Part shown: positions 49,801 to 60,229 of the stretch, one piece after another | How positions within the stretch are numbered: the first letter of the stretch is position 1 | How the letters are laid out: the number at the start of each line of letters is the position of its first letter | Assembly: GCA_000320545.1 (NCBI GenBank) | Contig: ADNK01000770.1 | Span: 1-64,000 of the forward strand | Direction: 5' to 3' | Source: Bigelowiella natans CCMP2755 | Taxonomy: Eukaryota > Protista > Cercozoa | Length of the DNA stretch: 64,000 bases | Notes under the pieces: generated by a model | What the model was told of the DNA's origin: nothing | Database searches by the model: none | Seen by the model: only the letters and a program-made list of their open reading frames with translations | Made by a program: the position numbers and the translations under genes

Positions 49801-51856
49801 TGCAGCTTGGATACTACGTAGGTTCTCCCCTACCTACGCTAGGACTGCAGCTGCTTTTACTACTGCTTACCGGAAGGAGAACTCTGTAGGCCTCAGCTTC
49901 GCTAAGGTGTGGGCCAAGGCTGGCCTTGATGCCCACTTCGATAACCTAATAAAGTTATGCAGCAACACCCTATTGAATGCTAAGCTAGACACTACTAGAC
50001 CAGCTACCCTATGGACAGACTGGTCTAAGCTAGGTATGGCTGCTGTACTTACCCAAGACCAGCAGATCATACGGGTGTGGGGCAGGGCCTGCACAGCAGC
50101 TGAGGCCAAGTACAGCCCTACAAAAGGAGAGTATAAAGCCATGACTGAGGCGCAGAGGAAACTAAGATACTACCTGCTGTCGGTGCCCAGCTTCACCTTA
50201 ATGACTGACCACAAGCCCCTCCTAGGCATCGACCGCAAGCTCGAAGCGCCTAACGATGAGTATGCAGCTATGAGGGCGGACACGGAAGAGTTTAGGGACA
50301 AGAGGACAGTGGTCTACGCACCAGGAGACAAGCAGCTTGCTGACTATTTCAGCAGGCTGTTCGAAAAGAAAGTCCCTACCCAGGTCACCCCTATGGTTAA
50401 CGCGATTACCTTCGAGGACGGCGACTTCCTGCCTGAGCCAGAGGAGCTCCAGCACCTTCAAGAACACCTGGATAAATACAAACACAAGCATGAGGTACTT
50501 AGTGATAGGATATATGTATACACTAATAATGTTAGGCGTACCTACGTGCCACGGCGGACCAGGGGAGCCCTTCTCTTTACCGCCCATGGACCTGCACACG
50601 TAGGAGAAAACCATATCACTGCTCTACTCTACCATTACTACTGGCCCTACAAGCTAAAAGAGATAAGGACATACCTGCGTGGCTGCAGGTGCTCCAGCTT
50701 GAAGGCGGCAGGCGTCGCCACCAAGGAGTCCAGCAAGAGCCGTGCATCTAAGAAAATCAAAGCAAGGAACTTCTTAGATATCGTGCAAATTGATGTTTAT
50801 AAGTACGATGGCTATCACTACCTTACCTTCGTTGATGTGGCCACTGGAAAGTGCTGGGTTAAAAAGATTATCAAGGTCAACGTTGCTAAGAAGAACAAAG
50901 GCTTATATAAGCAGAGGCTTACTAACTGCTACCGTACCTGGGAGTCTGAGCTCCAGGCTATCCCTGATGAAGTTAGCATAAACAAGATACCAAAGAAGTT
51001 ACATGTGGATAATGAGACCTCTCTTCTACAGCTACCACACCCTAATATTGATGCCTCACCTGTATACTATGCCCAGTCCAACTCCAAGGTAGAGCGACTC
51101 CACCGCACCTTGGCCAACCTAAGCAGGATAAATAGCACCACACCAGACAAGATACAAGGGTTAGTAAACGACACCTTCACGTCTGGGGGAGGTATCAAGG
51201 ATAAGGAGAGGGAAGAAGGCGACGACAACGACGACGATACCGAGAGCGAAGACGAGAAGGTCCCGTACGATGGCCGAGTTCTAAAGGAAGGACAGTATGT
51301 TAGGGCCAAGGTAAATCTGAGATCGAGAAATAAACAAGACCCCTTCTGGGGTGGCGTTGCAAAGGTTACCGAGAGGAAGGGGAGGAAGCAGTACTACATC
51401 TATGATGGGAACAGGGTCACCTTGCGCCACATCAGTCACCTAAAGAATTATGATATCGGTGAGAAGCTCCTAGAGGATGTTAAAGTAAACCCTACTGTGT
51501 GGGAGCGAGCAATGCCTTGTTTAGGACCCCGACCTAAGTTCGATGTGGAATATGGAAACAATAAGGTCAGGGTGAACGACGATTGGCGCATGAAGATTGT
51601 CTATCTAGGCTACCCTGGATTACGAAATATGGAGAGGGTAGCTATGAAAATAAAGGACGGAAAATATCAGCTACTCTACCTAGCTGTTCCCGACTTACCC
51701 TTTGAGCACTGGTATAAGGTCCTGGGGGACCTTGATGCAGAGGGCTGGTATGGACACGAACCTAAGGACGAAGGTGAGTTCTGGGTAAGCGACAAAGGAG
51801 ATAAGGTTAGAGAGGAATCTATTACCTGGTGGTTGGTGAAGTTCCGAAAGCGATGA
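46883..51856 (+). CDS. Gag-Pol polyprotein (Gag, zinc knuckle, aspartic protease, RT, RNase H, integrase, GPY/F-SH3-like domain, C-terminal Dam-like domain)
   Basis: CGYCSRKGKHTAKDC; LWDSGS and LLGQD; FPYGL and YVDD; TDWS, YSPTKGE, TDHKPL, ADYFSR; HGPAH..CRC, QIDVY, HVDNE, NSKVERLHRTL; KQDPFWGGVAKV..HISHLK. Confidence 0.96.
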   Translation: MSQQLEEQQDFGSQAVQGHEQKQERKGDTDAKEGGGTPPQAPPGPAPGIKKADAAAEALENFYEADDEDVAAESKKVVMALRALRPRASNYAKLKVSIEYKYQTHDVWAAIMQDIMDYEADLPPEWAALFRNDGGLGASRGTTQSTVKQQQPVQRNTQFMSVKTAPVMITKYNGKRGEARRWWKNARSILCDFTPNPTENDKLKWLAIIKQAMDLYETGRTRIRQLEKIHTTVSGLRDVEAIMKAFVNEQDANSLPQAIRKYRAMMQHEREPVRDFATRFQDMIDELHDFNYNTGDDQARFEEFKLKIKESTYVTEKGYTTMEAAVQAISLREQEQDRKFTSPKVPGIGNINAIKPQRDWYKDREGNRRCGYCSRKGKHTAKDCRDRKEGRPRMTIRQLNEHYEKLKRKKGRGQGYNNSKWQGSNNGKNNKYKNKKQNSINAIQQQINGILDHLKQAPTKTAVPATQDQDKPMTLDDIKNLGVCNINDEDANRTIKVAMTKVKVKDSYGDYKKLPALWDSGSMPKSFISLSTVRRLGLLDQVTKKERKYAQADGSSSMKTVGELMLKLQIPGSDAETQIKTRVAMTLSMELLLGQDALEKLGGIISFYNHKIYFAKLPKKSGRTISQNMIRLDEWTSESSVNALEFMDLADNKLPTPTELRKKNPGKTIRQITELLDKTPPADDWDIDKGKKYINKILNEKYSDITKPTTKPSSKLTPVKIELKKGYEECIINDPEHRRPEADWEKIEWQINEWAKEGKIEPSNSPWNVRHVLAKKPTYPFFRLAHNFIRHNRVIKRIQTPTPRIDDVIEHVIGYKYYSSLDKNESYMQTPIHKTSRPITAFSSRHRKWHFVVFPYGLSISGDAFSSQNYRAYTHDGMASVLWVFVFVYVDDDIICTNTVVAQIFLLENIFIRFAHFGFTIRLQKCTFLATRIKWCGYYLEQGRITPNPEKVAALQQAPKPKNAKELKSFLQTAAWILRRFSPTYARTAAAFTTAYRKENSVGLSFAKVWAKAGLDAHFDNLIKLCSNTLLNAKLDTTRPATLWTDWSKLGMAAVLTQDQQIIRVWGRACTAAEAKYSPTKGEYKAMTEAQRKLRYYLLSVPSFTLMTDHKPLLGIDRKLEAPNDEYAAMRADTEEFRDKRTVVYAPGDKQLADYFSRLFEKKVPTQVTPMVNAITFEDGDFLPEPEELQHLQEHLDKYKHKHEVLSDRIYVYTNNVRRTYVPRRTRGALLFTAHGPAHVGENHITALLYHYYWPYKLKEIRTYLRGCRCSSLKAAGVATKESSKSRASKKIKARNFLDIVQIDVYKYDGYHYLTFVDVATGKCWVKKIIKVNVAKKNKGLYKQRLTNCYRTWESELQAIPDEVSINKIPKKLHVDNETSLLQLPHPNIDASPVYYAQSNSKVERLHRTLANLSRINSTTPDKIQGLVNDTFTSGGGIKDKEREEGDDNDDDTESEDEKVPYDGRVLKEGQYVRAKVNLRSRNKQDPFWGGVAKVTERKGRKQYYIYDGNRVTLRHISHLKNYDIGEKLLEDVKVNPTVWERAMPCLGPRPKFDVEYGNNKVRVNDDWRMKIVYLGYPGLRNMERVAMKIKDGKYQLLYLAVPDLPFEHWYKVLGDLDAEGWYGHEPKDEGEFWVSDKGDKVREESITWWLVKFRKR

Positions 51857-51862
51857 AGGTCT

Positions 51863-51907
51863 AAGGGAATAAGGAAGGAAGGAAGGAGCAACGTGACTTG
51901 GGGGAGG
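51863..51907 (+). other. Polypurine tract
   Basis: AAGGGAATAAGGAAGGAAGGAAGGAG followed by GGGGGAGG directly abutting the 3' LTR. Confidence 0.8.
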
Positions 51908-52233
51908 TGTAGCGCGTACCACTACGCGGGCACAAGTCACGTGCGACAACAAAGGGGTTGTCGCGGATATAGAATATAGATAACGTAGATATTAATACAG
52001 CATAGGCACGTGGGTTCCGGCGGGACTCATGGCAGCACACCGGAAGTGTGCTGCCCCACGTGCGGCGGCATTCGCGAAAGCTTCGCGAATGATTACGCAG
52101 TGCACGATTTAATAAAAATATAATCTTTAATAAAAATAAACACAACTCTTCAAAAGGAAGCAAACGTGCCTTTCCCCCCCCCTGCCTACTTGTGCACGTA
52201 GCGCCTCGGCCTGTGAACACCTTACGCGCAACA
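51908..52233 (+). repeat. 3' LTR
   Basis: Copy of 46518-46843; the antisense ORF translations across both LTRs are identical. Confidence 0.97.
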
Positions 52234-52512
52234 CAAATGACGACGGGCATGTGAGGATGTGTGCTCGCACGTTTGGGTGTGACCTCTGACAATTTCCAAA
52301 AATTCTCTGCAATCAATCAGGATATTTTTAAAATGAATCGGGATTTTTCTACGACATGTGAACATTTAGTGCAAATGGAACATGAATGCCATGTGTTTCT
52401 GATTACGTCATTTCAACAGAAGGTGAATTTACAAGGTGCGACTCGCAATCAAATTTTGTGTGTCATGATGCTTTCTTGATCGAACCCCCTCCGTACAAGC
52501 TGAAGCTACAGA

Positions 52513-52884
52513 ATGCGAATTTACGTGAAGATCTACACGTCGAGGCCCGTTACCCTCAATGATGTCAAAATGTCCGACACCATAAAAACCGTCAAGCAGA
52601 AGATCAAGGATAAGGAGGCAATCCCAACTGATCAGTACCGTCTCATCTTTGCTGGAAAGCTGCTTGAGGATGACAAAAAATTATCTGACTACAACGTCCA
52701 GAATGATTCTACCCTTTACTACAATCCTGCTCCAGCATGATTCTACCCTTACTTCGTTCTACGCCTTCGTGGTGGCTCTTTATCAAGGGGCAGTGACAGT
52801 GATTCCATCGATATGACTGCTGAGTTTATTGTTACCGAGAACGGAAGTTGTTCGATTAGGACTGGTGTTGGTGGAGATCCTTGA
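52513..52884 (+). pseudogene. Ubiquitin-like fusion gene interrupted by a 33-bp duplication carrying an in-frame TGA
   Basis: MRIYVK...[76 protein letters not shown]...GGDP* all in one frame. Confidence 0.8.
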
Positions 52885-53882
52885 GTTCGAGGCTGAGTCT
52901 TCCGCGTGTAAGGAGTACCACTACCTTCCTGATGGAAAATACATTGACGTCGATAGTGAGCGTCTTTTTCAAACCACATCTTATCGGACTTAAGTAGCAG
53001 GGTCGTTCGACTCACGAATCTGTCATTAATTGCTTGGTTTGAATGGATGGTAGGTCTATTGGAAACTCAGGGAACGATAGACAACAGAGCCAAAACTCCA
53101 GTGGCCCCGATAGCAAAGATGAAAAAATACAGACATGATTGCAAGAAAGAGCATAGTTACAGACACAACGTAATGTAATACAGCACAAATTACCTAGGCT
53201 TGCCTAGATAACTAGATGGTGAGTAGCCGTCACATAGCGCAGTATTTGTGATATGTTTCATGAGCGAATTATTGCGACGAAAATGTTTTGCACATCGTGC
53301 ATGTAGATCAGAAATCACGCATGCAGCATGGCATGTACATGAAGGCTGCATCGGCTAGGATGGCTAAATTGCAATTAGCTCACATGCAGACAAGTACGCG
53401 CTCATTGGTGGTCATGACCAACCACATGAATGGTACCGAAACATTTAACACCATGTTTCACATGAGCTGTCGATCTATTTATTGAGACAATGTTTCAACC
53501 AATAAATGATGAACCGCCTTACTAACTACATGGATTTATCAATTTATTTGCACATTTTGCGTCTCATATGATGTTGCTCCATGTACATGTACGCGCGTGC
53601 GGCACATCGCGGGCGCAACAACAATACCACATTTGCAAACATGAAGCACATAATCGCCGAAACAAGCAAACACAACCTTGGCGCTGTAGCCGCCATATAG
53701 CCGCCGTATAGCCGCTTTGCATAGCTATGTTAGGATATTAGGATGACTAATGAAAAAATGTAATGATTCATTACATATGTCCCAAATGTACACATAGGCT
53801 TGGTATGTAAATATATTATTTTGACTTCGATGTCAACCTTGAGCGAACGTATGATTATAATTGAGTGCTACTGCTCGTCAAA

Positions 53883-54899
53883 TCAAGACTCTGGCGCAAC
53901 CTTGTGGCAAGGTTTTTCAGCTCCGAGAACAGTTGATGCCGAGGAGCACCTTGGATGGCAAGGGAATTTATATGCTGGGTCTTCCTCGGGAGGTGGGGGT
54001 GTAAGACCAAAGCAAAACTCGCAGCTTTTGTCTTCATAATTCGGGTTTATCGTCATCGTCACCCCAAAGTTGTCCCGAAAGAAAGCTTCTGTGGGACGCT
54101 TACACAAATTAATGCACATACCGGTACATGCACTTTCCTGCAACCACCTACACTTTTTTATCTTTACTTTCGACGCCATTGGGGTTTTGGCATTGTTATC
54201 TGTCGTTTCCTGGGTTTCCATTGGACCTACCAGCCATTCAAACCCAGTCTCTGTGACTTTCGCAAAAAGCTCGTAAGTGAGTTTGTTTTCCGGAAACATT
54301 CCGACGAACATTGTCTTCCCAGGTCCTGGAGGTAGAAATGATCTTAAAACCTTTAAGCTTGCCTCGGTTTGATCACCAGGTCCTTTTCCTTGGATGGAAG
54401 CAAAGCATAACTTAATGAAGTCCTCATACGTGATGTTTTCTGGGAGTTCCTGTTCCATTTCCCTCGCCATCCCCTTCATAAATATTCCAAGCATATGCGA
54501 ATCAAAAGCTGAGTCCTCATAAGTTGCTCGGGCGTCGGGCAGGTTCCATCCTTCTGGGAAATGTGCTACGCCGGCTCCGAAAGGAGAATACTTAACATCC
54601 TCTGCGGGAGCAGGCTCTGGCATTTCACCGCCAACCGAAGACCTTCTCAATAATCTGCCTATTCTTTTTATTTGGTTTTGGCGAAGTCCCACTCGCGTTC
54701 TCGGCCCGTTCAAAGTTGGCATCCGTATCTGCATTGAAGGGGATTGTGCCGAAATGGTACCCCCTATTGAGACTCCGAAGAACATTGTAAGAGCCGCGGC
54801 GGAGAGGAAGGTCGCGGATGCAATTACTCGCAATGAAAACCGCGAGGTAGGATGAGGGAATGGGGCAAGAGAGGTGGTAGCGTGGTTATCCGTCATCAT
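53883..54899 (-). CDS. D27: Beta-carotene isomerase D27-like protein (DUF4033), intronless, bipartite plastid leader
   Basis: FEWLVGP...VKIKKCRWLQESACTGMCINLCKRPTEAFF...PNYEDKSCEFCFG Cys motif; N-terminal hydrophobic segment followed by an R/S-rich transit-like region. Confidence 0.9.
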   Translation of the reverse strand: MMTDNHATTSLAPFPHPTSRFSLRVIASATFLSAAALTMFFGVSIGGTISAQSPSMQIRMPTLNGPRTRVGLRQNQIKRIGRLLRRSSVGGEMPEPAPAEDVKYSPFGAGVAHFPEGWNLPDARATYEDSAFDSHMLGIFMKGMAREMEQELPENITYEDFIKLCFASIQGKGPGDQTEASLKVLRSFLPPGPGKTMFVGMFPENKLTYELFAKVTETGFEWLVGPMETQETTDNNAKTPMASKVKIKKCRWLQESACTGMCINLCKRPTEAFFRDNFGVTMTINPNYEDKSCEFCFGLTPPPPEEDPAYKFPCHPRCSSASTVLGAEKPCHKVAPES

Positions 54900-55606
54900 C
54901 CTTCGTCCGCCACCAACGAAGGCGCCCTCGATCGTTGAGGAACGGTAGCTCGTGTGTTGTGGTGGAAATCCAGCTGCAACCTGATATTGTTGTAAGTGTT
55001 GTAGTTATATCTCTCTTTCTGGCAATTATCTTATCTGTCTAAAGCTCGGTAGAAACGCAATGGAGAACTGTTGGACTAAATTCCAAGCCAGATATGACAG
55101 ATTTTTCGGAACTTTGGTTTGTTCTTAGTGCTCATGATAATGCAATGTTGAACAGGCTTTAGGTTTTATTTTCTTCGACAACGTCAGTAGCTTGACGCAT
55201 TGGCATAAGGGAATCTATCTTTCGTTTAGACCCATAGTTATTTAACCGGCTCTTTTCTGAAATAAGAAATCCGATTGCAGGAGAGCAAGAAAAGGCCGTT
55301 TGCTCAGAAACGCTGGACGTTTGGTGACAGTTTAAGCCAACATTATTTACATCTTCGAGATTTTGCACGGCGATCCGCAAAACGTATTCATGTGAAACCA
55401 GAATGTTTCAATTTTTCAGTCTTGCGACAGGGACGAAGGATGTCGCCAACGAGAAATCCCAAGTGTTTTTAATTGCTTAAGTAGTTATTGGCGGCTCAAC
55501 TGACAGCATCGAACAAAAAAACAGGTTCTCCTGTGCACCTCATCTCATTTTTCGGCGGGACAACGCCGACCGCCTCAGTCCTGCGGATTGGACTGTATTG
55601 GCAACA

Positions 55607-58600
55607 ATGGATGCGAAGGGGAACCATCATGGCACAAATATTTTCAGGGAACAACACCCTCTACTCCGTCGTTCTGAGACCACAGGTGGTCGGTTGAAGC
55701 GTCGATGTGGCCTTCTTTGCTTGTGTACATTGTCCCTAGTTATATGCCACCTCCTGCCGCAACAAGGCTTGTCGGGCAACATCAAGAGTAAACTGTCCGC
55801 CTCTCATTTTCCGTCAATATATGAAAGCTATCCTGCAAGTAATTTTGTAACGAGGTTGCGAGGGGGGGCTGCCTCAGCGCGATATGAATTCGGCCGCAAG
55901 GTTATACAACAGCACCTAATTAGTATCATCCATGATGTTAGCTCAGACGTATAAACGAACCTCGCATAATTGATTTAGGAATCTGCATCTGGTCATAGTG
56001 TTGGTGCAACCCCAATGGCACCTATGACCCCTCATTCCAATTCCTTCGGATCAACCATTACGATGAACTCAGCTGCCAGAAGCCCGAAGAGAGGCAACGA
56101 GCAGAGTTTTATTCCAAATGCCGTTGAATTATCACAGAACCAGACTAGTGAAGTGAATGCCATCGTTGGATCGGCGATTCGCGAAGGCAAAAGCTGCGCA
56201 GAGGTTACTCTTCGGTCGTTCGATTGTGCCATCATCTACACTTTATGAAATCATGAAGTGAATCAGAACGAGATATATGGTTTCGCCGTTACTTTCATAA
56301 GTCTTCTTTATTATTGTGGCAGATGTTTATCTACTCACACATAATTTGTACAGATCGGGTCTATTGCGAGAAGGGCCTGCATAGATGTGGGAGTGCCTGC
56401 AAACCAAGCATCGTTCGCTGGCGCCAAACTAGCGATGAGAGCTACAGCGGCTTTCCTTGCGAGGGGTGGACATTCTGCTGAAAGCATTATTGAAGCTGCA
56501 GAGGAGGTTGCAATTAGCGCTGGGTTATGGGGCAATGAGAAGAAGGTTCTAGCAAGGGACGCCATGCTTGATTCCGTTGTGGACGCTGTAATCGGAGGAA
56601 ACCGTGCCCCTCAGCATCTCTTCGAGGTGTTGATGCAAGAAGGTTATTCGTACGAAGACGCTGTGTGGAGGGCGACAGAGCTTGTTGCGAATCGATACTC
56701 AATTGTTGTGTTGGAAAGGCGTTCCTCTGCCGCAGATTTACTGGCCCTCTTGCGAGCGATGCTGAACGAGGGAGGGGAAGGGGACGGGATGTCGAAAGAA
56801 GCCGCCATAACTATGCAGTCGGAGGCTGCTGCGAGACTTGCTTTGGACTCCCTAGCAGAAGCCTCAGCCTTTGCGGGATTCTCAATCCAAGAAATTGTCG
56901 CCGTCCTCGAGGAGGTGAGGAAAGCTACTTCTTGGAAGAAAGCTGGAGCGGACATGGTTCGCTTGATGGCAGACTCCGCGATCAAAGCCGTCGTTAGGTC
57001 TAAGTTTCAATGGCAAGACATGAAGAGGTGCTTGAGAATTGCTGCGGCGATCGGCAAGGAATGCGGGATAACGGCGACCGAGGCTGATAAGAAAGCTATC
57101 GAAGCAATACTATCGCATGCAAAAAGTACAGCAGGAGCCTCAATCGAGCAGCTCGTCATGGTTGCCAAAGATATTAGGTTGTACGGCCTGTCCAGAGATA
57201 ATGCTGCTGCCTCCTCTTCCTCCACTTCGCAACTAAAGCAAACTAAGAGCTCTACTTCCGAGGGGGGGGCTGGAGGAGGCTACTACGAGGAGTCACCGGC
57301 GCTGGCTCTGCATGCTTGCTCGGTGGTCGCTGATATAGTGTGCGAAGATACGCTCTGTAGAGGTGCCAGTGTGGGCCTGGCGGCAAGGGACGCTAAAAAC
57401 GTGGTAACCGAGTGCGGTTTACAGAACACGGAGGTTGCAAGAACGGTCATCAAGTCAATCGTTAAATCAGTTATCTCTCTTGGGGGGTCTGAATCGGAGC
57501 TGAACGAGGCCATTCGAACCTCCATTGCAGAAGTCAAGTTGAGCACGACGCAGGCACAGGTCTTTGGGATAGCCAAGTCGGTTCTCAATAGTTTGAGGTC
57601 GATAACAAGCAGTGTCATCGGAATCGGAAGCACACGGGAGCTGTTCGCAGGCACGCGAGGCGCATATACTGCCGCAGAGCATAGGTGATAATGACGATAC
57701 TATTTTTTTTTTAATTATCGGCGGCGAGACTTTCGTAACGTGTGGCCCACCGCTCGGATACCTTCTTTTTTTTTTTAAGTACATGCATGAAAATCCTTTG
57801 CGGCCACGCTGGCTTTCCATTGCGGAGCGTGTATTCTTCTCTCCGTTATTGTCGTATGAAGTCCTCAGGAGGACGAGTTGGTGCTTTTCAAGCCACCTCT
57901 CCTTCCTTCCAACTTACTACTACTCAAATTTCCCCCTTCTCCTCCTCCTCACTTAGTGCCAAGGCGGCTGGAATGTCAGTAGCCATCCTGGCCGGTGATG
58001 CCGTAGCAAGTGCTATGACGGAAACAGGGAGGGGGGCAGTTGAGATCGTTCGTGCATGCCGAGTAGCTGTTCTGGCCACGGGGTTCTCTTCCGAAGAAGT
58101 CGATGAGATATCTGCACAGGCAACATGCAAGGCCATGGTATCCAGCTATGGGCAAGGGGTGAGTGTGAATGAGATGCTGGTGCGTGCTGAAGAGGTTAGC
58201 CGTGCTGCTGGGCTTGCCGAGGAGAGTAGCGTGAGGTTGATGGGACAAGTTGCTGCCAACTGTATTATTTCTTCGCAAGCAGCCGCCAGGGGGGCGTCCT
58301 CCTCCTCCTCCTCCTCCGCCCCCTCGTCCTCTTCACCGTCGTCAGGAGAGGGGTCACTCGAATCGACGACGGGGCGCAAGTCATCAAAGGTGGGATCTTC
58401 GTTTAGCAAGGAAGCCGCAATGCAGGCCTTGAGGATGATGGCTGCAGAGGCCCTTTATAACCAACCACGGAACGAGCAGAAAGTGTTAAGCCAAGAGAAT
58501 GTCGCGATGTTGACCAAGGCAGCCGCCGCCGTGGGCCTGAATCAGAGGGAAGCTATGCCTCTGCTGGATGAATTCAATATCTTTGCCACCGCCAATCATG

Positions 58601-60128
58601 CAATCGCAGCTCATGAAGACAACCTGCAACGAGTCTCAGATCTCATACTGGATCAAGTCATCCAGATCCTCTCCACTCATCATTCATCATCTGCCACCTC
58701 CTCCTCCCCCCCCTCCAGAGCGGCGATAAAGAACATGATACAGCTGCTACACAGCACTGTACGTGCCTCCGCAGAGGTGGTAGCGAGTCGCCGAAGATCC
58801 CCAGCCGATGTTGCCCACGTATGCATGCTGGTGAAGGAAGGCCTTTTGGCAGAACAAGGCCACTCGGAGGGGTCTTTCCCCCTCACCTTGTCTTTCGTTG
58901 CCATTGCTGAAGGGGTCTCGAGAGCAGGTGTCGGGGCTAGCTATCTAGGAGAAACTATCAAGGAGATCGTGGCACGGAAAGTGTTGGACGGGATCAATGA
59001 CGACGACTACGACGACGACGAGCAGCAGCACTTTTATGAAGGAGAGCGTGGCGCAGATCTTGCGAGGATGGTGGTCCAGGGAGTACACCATGCAATCACT
59101 ATCTATGCGAAGGCCTTGTTGCGGGGGGGCAAGTCGTTGTCCCAGGTTGCCAAAGCAGCGCTGGCCACCTCGCTCGCTGCCGATTTGGAGCAAAAGGTCG
59201 CAGGGCACGTGGCCGGGCTGGCATGCTCGCGTGTCGTGTTCAGCTTGGCCATGGAAGCAAACCGATCAGCCGAGAGCGTTGTCTCAGAAGTAACGGAGAT
59301 AGTTGAGAGCCTTCCTGCCAGTGTGATGGAAGGTGGTGGTGGCGGCGGTGGTACCACCGCCGTAGATTACGCGAGGGTTGCCGCGAATATGACTATCACG
59401 TGCCTCGCTGATTTCGTTGTAATGCGGCAGAAAGCGAGTAGCGGTCAAAACGCATTTGAACCCGACCAGCATGTGAGCAAGTGCATGGATGTCGCTGCGG
59501 TCGCCGGAATAGATCTGGAACAGTTTGAGGGGGCGGAGGCGGTGACAAAACTCATCCTCATCACGCTTGCAAATGCGATTATGGATACCACCTGGAGTGC
59601 CGCGGGTAGCAGCAGCAGTAGCGGCAGTTCAGCTTCTTCCTCCTCCGCCTCCTTTCCTTCTGCTCCTCTTGACAAACCTGCCCTGAGCCCTTCCAGCCAG
59701 CAAGACCTCATCACCACCTCAAAGCACATACTGCTTGCTCTAGGCCCGAGCATGGAAAAGGCGGCGATGGTGTCCAAGTGGCTAGCGAAGGTTTTGACGA
59801 CTGCCCAGTGCAAGCCAGAGTCGGTCGTCGAAGCGGTGATGCACGTGGCGGGCAACTTCGGGCTTCGTACGTATGAGGCTGAGGAGGTTTGCTTGGATGA
59901 GATTGCCAACGGTGCTATCTCTCACCGCTATACCCCCGAGGAGATAGGAGTGGCTGTAGAGGTATAGGAAGGGAAACGCAGCAGCAGCAGCAGCAGCAGA
60001 AGAAGAAGAAGAAGAAGTCGTAGCACATGTAGTACTCTTTTGGGGGTTTATGGTGTTATAACGGGGTGGAAATGGTGATGATGATTCTGGTGTCGATTCT
60101 TGTGTCAAACCTGGCTGTGTTACTTGTG

Positions 60129-60171
<43 letters not shown>

Positions 60172-60194
60172 ACTTGTTCTCTATATATTCTGAG

Positions 60195-60229
<35 letters not shown>

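Larger units (their letters stand above)
46518..52233 (+). mobile_element. Full-length Ty3/gypsy LTR retrotransposon, very recent insertion
   Basis: Two 326-bp TG...CA LTRs with no differences seen by eye, 4-bp TSD CAAA (46514-46517 and 52234-52237), PBS, PPT and one uninterrupted ORF in the order Gag-PR-RT-RH-IN. Confidence 0.97.

Noticed and set aside
51452-51856. Chromodomain or env at the polyprotein end
   Set aside because: No chromodomain Y.VKW.G pattern, and no signal peptide or transmembrane segment; it fits a Dam-like pattern better.
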